From Monocercomonoides exilis PA203 (lineage: Eukaryota > Protista > Preaxostyla), in the NCBI GenBank assembly GCA_001643675.2, contig LSRY02000002.1, forward strand, positions 1,612,001-1,676,000: a stretch of 64,000 nt of DNA, in the 5' to 3' direction. Below, in pieces: positions 58,171-64,000 of the stretch. Made by a program: the position numbers and the translations under genes. The stretch's first letter is position 1. Each line of letters begins with the position of its first letter. Under the pieces are notes generated by a model. That model did no database searches. It saw only the letters and a list, made by a program, of their open reading frames with translations, and was not told the origin of the DNA.

Positions 58171-58763
58171 AAAAAAGAAATTAAAGAGAAAAAATTGATA
58201 ATAAAGAAGAGAAAGAGGATTAGATCAGGAAAATGGAATGAAAGTTTGTGGAAATTTCGAAGAGAGGAGAGGAGTTGAATATCAAAAGAGAGTGAGATAG
58301 CTCAGATGAAAGTGCATCAGCACAAGCAAAAACGGGATGTTGTGTAGTGATGCTTATCTTTCATTTTCAGCGAAACACGGAGTATCTGACAGAGAAAGGC
58401 CCATCATTCAATAAAAATGGGAGGAGAGACATCTAATAATTCGAAACGGCACATTTTCAAGGAAAAATTTAGATGGTGTGTATTTTGACATGGAATTTAT
58501 TGCTTTTTTTACGCTCTAATTGAACAGTAATTTCTATTTGATAAGTTTATTTTTTTGTTATTTTTGCATTCAATAGTCCAAACACGAGTAATTCATCTTT
58601 TTTTGAAAACCAAGCCATATCAAATAAAATTATCGTTAATAATAACCATTAAAACTATACAAGACAGATTCTTATCAGACATGGAATTTATCCAAATACA
58701 TAATATTTCTCGATTTATCAACTATTTTTTTCGGATTTTTTTTTAAACTTCGTATTTATTAAT

Positions 58764-61700
58764 ATGCAACGATATGAAAATTCTCTCCTGCATTATCAAA
58801 TACCGATTCATACCTGTCCAGAATCGAAGAAATGGCATTGTTTTGAAAGCGTCTCGGATATTTTCCAAACGCTACAAAATAATTGCAGAAAGAAGGTTTT
58901 CACACTTTAAAACTGTGTTGAAAATAATTTAATAAGGGTTATTTTGATCAACCGGAAATATAAAATTTTTCAAATTAAAATTTATTTCCGTTCCACACAA
59001 GAATGCACTTGTTCCTTTTGGCATGTTTGATTCTTGGAAAGACATTTGAAGAACAATATATCTCTGGAACTGCCACATTGGAAACCAAAGGTATCATTTC
59101 GAATAAATATTTTTTCAATAATTTTCTTTATTTTGATTAAGGTTATTCAAATGATGTACAATATCTATCAGAGGCTAATAACAATTATTTATTTGAACAG
59201 AGTACATTGTTGGAAGTGAAAAGATTACAGTCAGGTCTTTCTGTGGTGAAAAATACATTTTTTATATTCTGCAATTCTTCAGTTGTATTGAACAATTTGG
59301 CGCTTGATTTCTCTTCCTCTCCATTTGTGCTAATAACAGAATATTCAACACTAAAAATGGATTCCTGCATTTCCCATCAAAAAACAGATTCTCAGTTTCA
59401 TTTGCAACGTGGGTCAATCAGCATTGTGAATTTGACTTTGATCCCTCAAATTAATACTCTCTCTAGAAGTCTCATATTTTCCTCTGATGATTCAAACATC
59501 GCCATTTTGAGAAATTCCATCATTGCAGACCTGGCTGTTTCAGCTTCAGGCTATTTCCTGCTATCAGGAAAGAGCAAAAGTGAACAGATTGATAATTGTG
59601 CCTTCAGGAACATATCTGTGAAATTAGATAAAAGCAGTGATTACCAAATGGAGCATTCATGTCAATTAAGTTCAATGGAGAGCTGCCTCATTTATTCGTG
59701 TGTGAATGGGTTTGAAGGAGGGATCTCGAGCGGATCCTATTCTTCACAAGAATTTGAATGTAAAAACGCAACTGTAAGCTTCGGGAAAAGAGAAATGAAT
59801 GATCTTCAGAAAAAAGAAAAACTGGAAACAACAGAAAGTCAATCCTTTTCATTGTGTGAATGGGTTGATTGCACAGCACCGCAAGGAGGTGCTCTTTATG
59901 TGCATGACAATACAAATGCTATTTTAACAGTTGAAAATTCGTCATTTTCAAGATGCAATGCTTCTTCTACAAGAGGTGGTGGAATATACGCTTTGAATGT
60001 CGCTGAATGCATTGTCCTTCATTCTTCATTCGTTCAGTGCACGGCGGCTGCAACCACAAACTTTGGTGGTGGAGGGATAATGAACGAAAACGTTAATAAT
60101 CAATCATTGGTTGACGATTGCTCCTTTCAAAATTGCTCATCGGGAAATGACGCAGGTGCAATTGATCAACGTCAAACCAAATCTGAAAGACAGAAAAAAT
60201 GCATTATTAATTCCTTTTTTGATAACTGTCGATGCAATGGAACAGTTGATGGGGCAGGGGGAGCATTTCAACATTGGAATCCAACGGACAAAGTTGAAAT
60301 ATCAAACTGTCTCTTCTGTCATTGCAATTCTATGATGGGAGGAGGCGCAGTTAACCAATATATAAACAGTTTCAATTATGGAATATTACTTTATTACTGC
60401 TTTTTCCACAATAATACATGTGTAACAGGGGGTCATGATATTGTCCTTGATGGATCAACAGAAAATAACATTGATTCCACCTGCTTTTCCACCAGACAAA
60501 CATCGAATAGAGTTAGCACAAAACATTACTCAATTGATGATTGCAGTGATTGGCTTCGCAATGATTTTGGAAATGTGAGATTTGTTTCTTCAATTGAAAC
60601 CCGACCGAATGGAATTGACACATATGCATGTGGAATAAATGAATCTCATCCATGCAGCACTATCAATCATTGTTTGACTCAACTTATTCCTGACTTGGTT
60701 CCCAATGTCGAAATTATTTCGGGAACGATAATCGAAACTAATAGTTTTGATTGTGGAGTCAACACTTTTACAGTTTATGGCCAAAGCAATATGAGCGCAG
60801 CAATCCAAACAGAATTTGAAACATCTGGGCTGTCTCTATTTTCGGTCTCAACAGGCACATTGACAATCAGGGATTTTATTCTTGTGCATGACTCGGTTCA
60901 TCCAAATAACCGTGGGTCAAGGCTGTTTGAGATTACAGGAGCAGGAGAGTTGCATATAAGTGGACTGAACATATCTGCTGGAAGTGAGTATTCTTCAGAA
61001 ACAGCGTTCACCACTGAACTGATAAATGTTCAGAGTGGGATGTTTCAGATGGAAAATGTGAACTGGGCAAGGACTATCTCCACTGTTTCGTTGTTTTCGC
61101 TTTCTTCAACAAATGAAGTATCATTAACATTTTCAGGGTGCACATTTAATGGGATCGAAAGAACAACGAATGGAGCAGCTGTGATGTCGTTTTCCAACGA
61201 CAAGGCAAATTTCGATCTGAATTCTTGCACTTTTGAAGGATGTGGAAGCAGAACATCTGCTGATGGGGGATCGATGATGCTGTGTGTTGGGAATGGAAAT
61301 GAAGTTAAAGTGAAAGGTGGATCTTTTGATGGGTGCTTTTGCTCTGCAACATATGGATTTGGGGGAGGAATCCTTCTCCAGCTGTTGAATGCAAATCCCA
61401 ATTTCCAGATATCCTCTTCCTTTGGCACAAACAGAGCCAAGTGGGGAAATGATATCTTTGTCACTTCTCCAAATCTGGAAGTGACCGCAAAGTCACAAAA
61501 AATAACATGTGTGATAGCCTCCTTGGATTCTCTTGACAAAGTGAGAGGATATGATGGTGGAAACACAAGTGTGGCGATCCCTCTGTGCATCTATCTCCTT
61601 CCCACACCAGAAGAAATACATGTGAGCGATTCTGAGGCATATGATCACTCACATTGTGGAATTGTCCAATTCCCCTGTTTGACCTTGGGTCACTCGCTCA

Positions 61701-64000
61701 CACGTCAAACAGGAACAAAGAAAGTTGTTGTGAGTGGAATGATTTCGATGGGCGATGAAATGGCCTTTGCTGAGCAGAAGCACGAAATCAGAGGAAATGA
61801 TGATAAAAGTGGCTGGATAGTCTCTGAAGCAAGTTCGTCAGTTAACTTAGCAATGATTTCAGTGAGCGTTGAAACAGAATTATCAAAACTTATCTTCTCT
61901 CTTACTGCTTCCATCACTTCACACTCCATTTTCATTTCGTCCTCTTCATCACTGACTCTGTCTCAATGTTCTCTTTCTCTTCAAAATCCATCATCAGAAT
62001 TGGCATTTCTGTTCTTATCAGTTGAGTCACGGATCCTGATAATCGACAAATTCTCAGCTTCATCGATTGATTTGAGGAGAAATCCACTGATCTCGTTGAC
62101 AGAAAGCGGAACAAATACCGAGTTGGTGAACGCTCTGTGGTTGAACATGACGAAATGCAATTTCACAGAAATCGAAAGAGCAGCTGGAAATGGAGGCTGT
62201 GTGAGTATTGACAACAGCCATGATGAAAATTCAAATAGTGAAATAAATATTGAAGAATGTGATTTTGATGGATGTTCTATATTGGCTGACGAAAGCAGAG
62301 GAGGGGCAATCAATGCTCAGTTGAAAGGGAACATTCAAATGAATATTATTTCATGCATATTCACAGAATGCACAGCACCAGATGAAGAAGTGAAGACAGG
62401 CTTTGGAGGAGGAATGGCACTGAAATTGATCAATGACTATTCTTCATTTGTGATCTCATCACCTGTCTTTGCGGTAGACAAGTCAAATGTTGCGAGATAT
62501 GGAAATGATCTTTTTGTTGAAGCATTCAACTTGACAAAGAGCATCACAAATACCTCACTTCCATTTGTATCTGAGCATTTAAATGATATTTCGTTGAATT
62601 CAATGAGAGGCTTTGATGGGAGTGACACAATGAATGCAATTCCATTGATCTATTTTTGGCGAGCATTTGGCTCAGAGTTATTTGTTTGGAGCGAAGGAAA
62701 AGATGTGTGCATTTGCGGACTGTCAGATTATCCTTGCCTGTCTATTGATTATTCTTTGAAGCGAATGGTTGAAGGAAATGAAAGGATTATTAGTGTCATT
62801 GGAAAGGCGATTCTTCAGAAGAGTGTTGATGTCAGCGAGCTTTCAATTAGATCAAATAATACAGTCATGTGCGCTCTGGAGTGCAACTCTTCGCTTGAAG
62901 GAACAGAAGGAACAGCAATGAAGATTCAGGGTATTACCAATTTCGAACTGATAAACTTTGCAATACCATCATCCTTCACAAGTGGAGTCAATTATTTGAT
63001 GCATGTTGATTCAAGCGATGGATCATTGACTGTGAAAGACTGTTCGTTCACAAAAAATGAAGAAAATAATGGAGAAGAGGAAATAATTGACTACGGGCTA
63101 ATCAAAGCAGATGGAGGAACTGTTCAATTGGAGTTTGTGATAATGCAATCATTCAGTTTTGTAACAGATGTTATTTCTGTGCTATCTTCAACGATTTTGA
63201 ATTTGAAAAACCTGACAATGAAGAATGTTGAGCTGGATGGAGCAATCGGATTGAGCATTTCAAAGAATTCAAAAAGAGAGAGAAATGAAGCTGAACAAGA
63301 TATTGTTATTGAATGGAGCATTTTTGAAGACATCACGCAGAACACAACAGATGATATTCCCATCATTCGAAATGTCAATGATACCCCATTGAAAATGGTG
63401 ATTCGGAACACAACGATGAAGAAGTGTGGTGGAACGAGGTGTGGAAAAGGAGGGGCGATGTTTGTCCTGTTGAATGAAGGAGGGCACTTTGACTGTTCGT
63501 TTTGTACAATTTCTGAGTGCTTCTGTTCCACCACTGGAAGAGGTGGGTGTCTGTTTCTGGAATGCACCTCGACAGCTGAGCAGCCTCTGAATTTTGTTCT
63601 GTCGAACATCACATTCAGAGACAACTCTGCATTCAGAGGGAGAGATGTGTATGTGAGATGCCACTCAATCGATACACAAATTGTTGATGAGCAATTCTTG
63701 CTGGATTTCAGAGCACCATTTGTGAAGGACAAGGCAGTATGGGGTTGTTCGACAGACTCGTTTGTGGGGGAAGAAGATCTTCTGCTGAGAGTAGTAAAAT
63801 ATCAGAGCGAGACTATATTTGTGTCTTCTGTTGCAGATAGTCACACAGACAGCAAACAATGTGGTGAGTTCAGTGTGCCTTGTCAATCGCTGAATGTGGG
63901 AGTTCAGCACATCATTCCTTCATCATATTCGCAGCTGTTGATATCAGAGGAAACAATCATCAATAAAGAATGCGAAGCAAAGGATGTGACCATCCGCTCA
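58764..64000 (+). CDS. Large Cys/Gly-rich parallel beta-helix (pectin-lyase/Pmp-like) surface-protein family member; spliced 5' end, 3' end outside the window
   Basis: One frame is open from about 59201 (no internal long + ORF in the track, consistent with running off the end). Repeated F..C......GG motifs (CTAPQGGALYV, STRGGGIY, GFGGGI, SRGGAI) and CG...PC repeats. Start codon uncertain. Confidence 0.8.

Noticed and set aside
59688-63910. Minus-strand ORFs over the last 4 kb
   Set aside because: They are antisense shadows of the long + strand beta-helix gene, which is missing from the ORF track because it has no stop in the window.
1-64000. Alternative genetic code (TAA/TAG read as Gln, as in some oxymonads)
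   Set aside because: Conserved genes end at TAA, TAG or TGA at the expected positions, and their long ORFs have no in-frame TAR.

Overview
AT-rich, gene-dense eukaryotic DNA in the standard genetic code, with short GT-AG introns (donor often GTTTG). The gene families and style point to an oxymonad such as Monocercomonoides (inference, not verified). About 1-44 kb holds cellular genes: a minimal ribophorin II, RACK1, an EXD2-C/HNH-like protein, a BIRC6-type UBC enzyme, a HACD-like protein, a divergent kinesin, a PHO80-type cyclin, ASCC1, METTL18, a Ras-family GTPase, a giant RRM protein, CEP164, and two adjacent intronless bacterial-type genes including a stand-alone CoaC. About 44-64 kb is accessory. 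It contains a complete, apparently intact 4.8-kb DIRS1-type tyrosine-recombinase retrotransposon (ITRs, internal complementary region, gag, RT-RNase H-adenine methyltransferase-like pol, YR) whose three frames meet at one U7 slippery site. Next to it is a 5.7-kb fold-back palindrome with a hairpin centre, repeated palindromic motifs and two head-to-head gene fragments. A decayed cullin-like region and a large beta-helix-family gene running off the window end follow. The DIRS element's three-frame architecture and the fold-back unit are the best candidates for undescribed biology.
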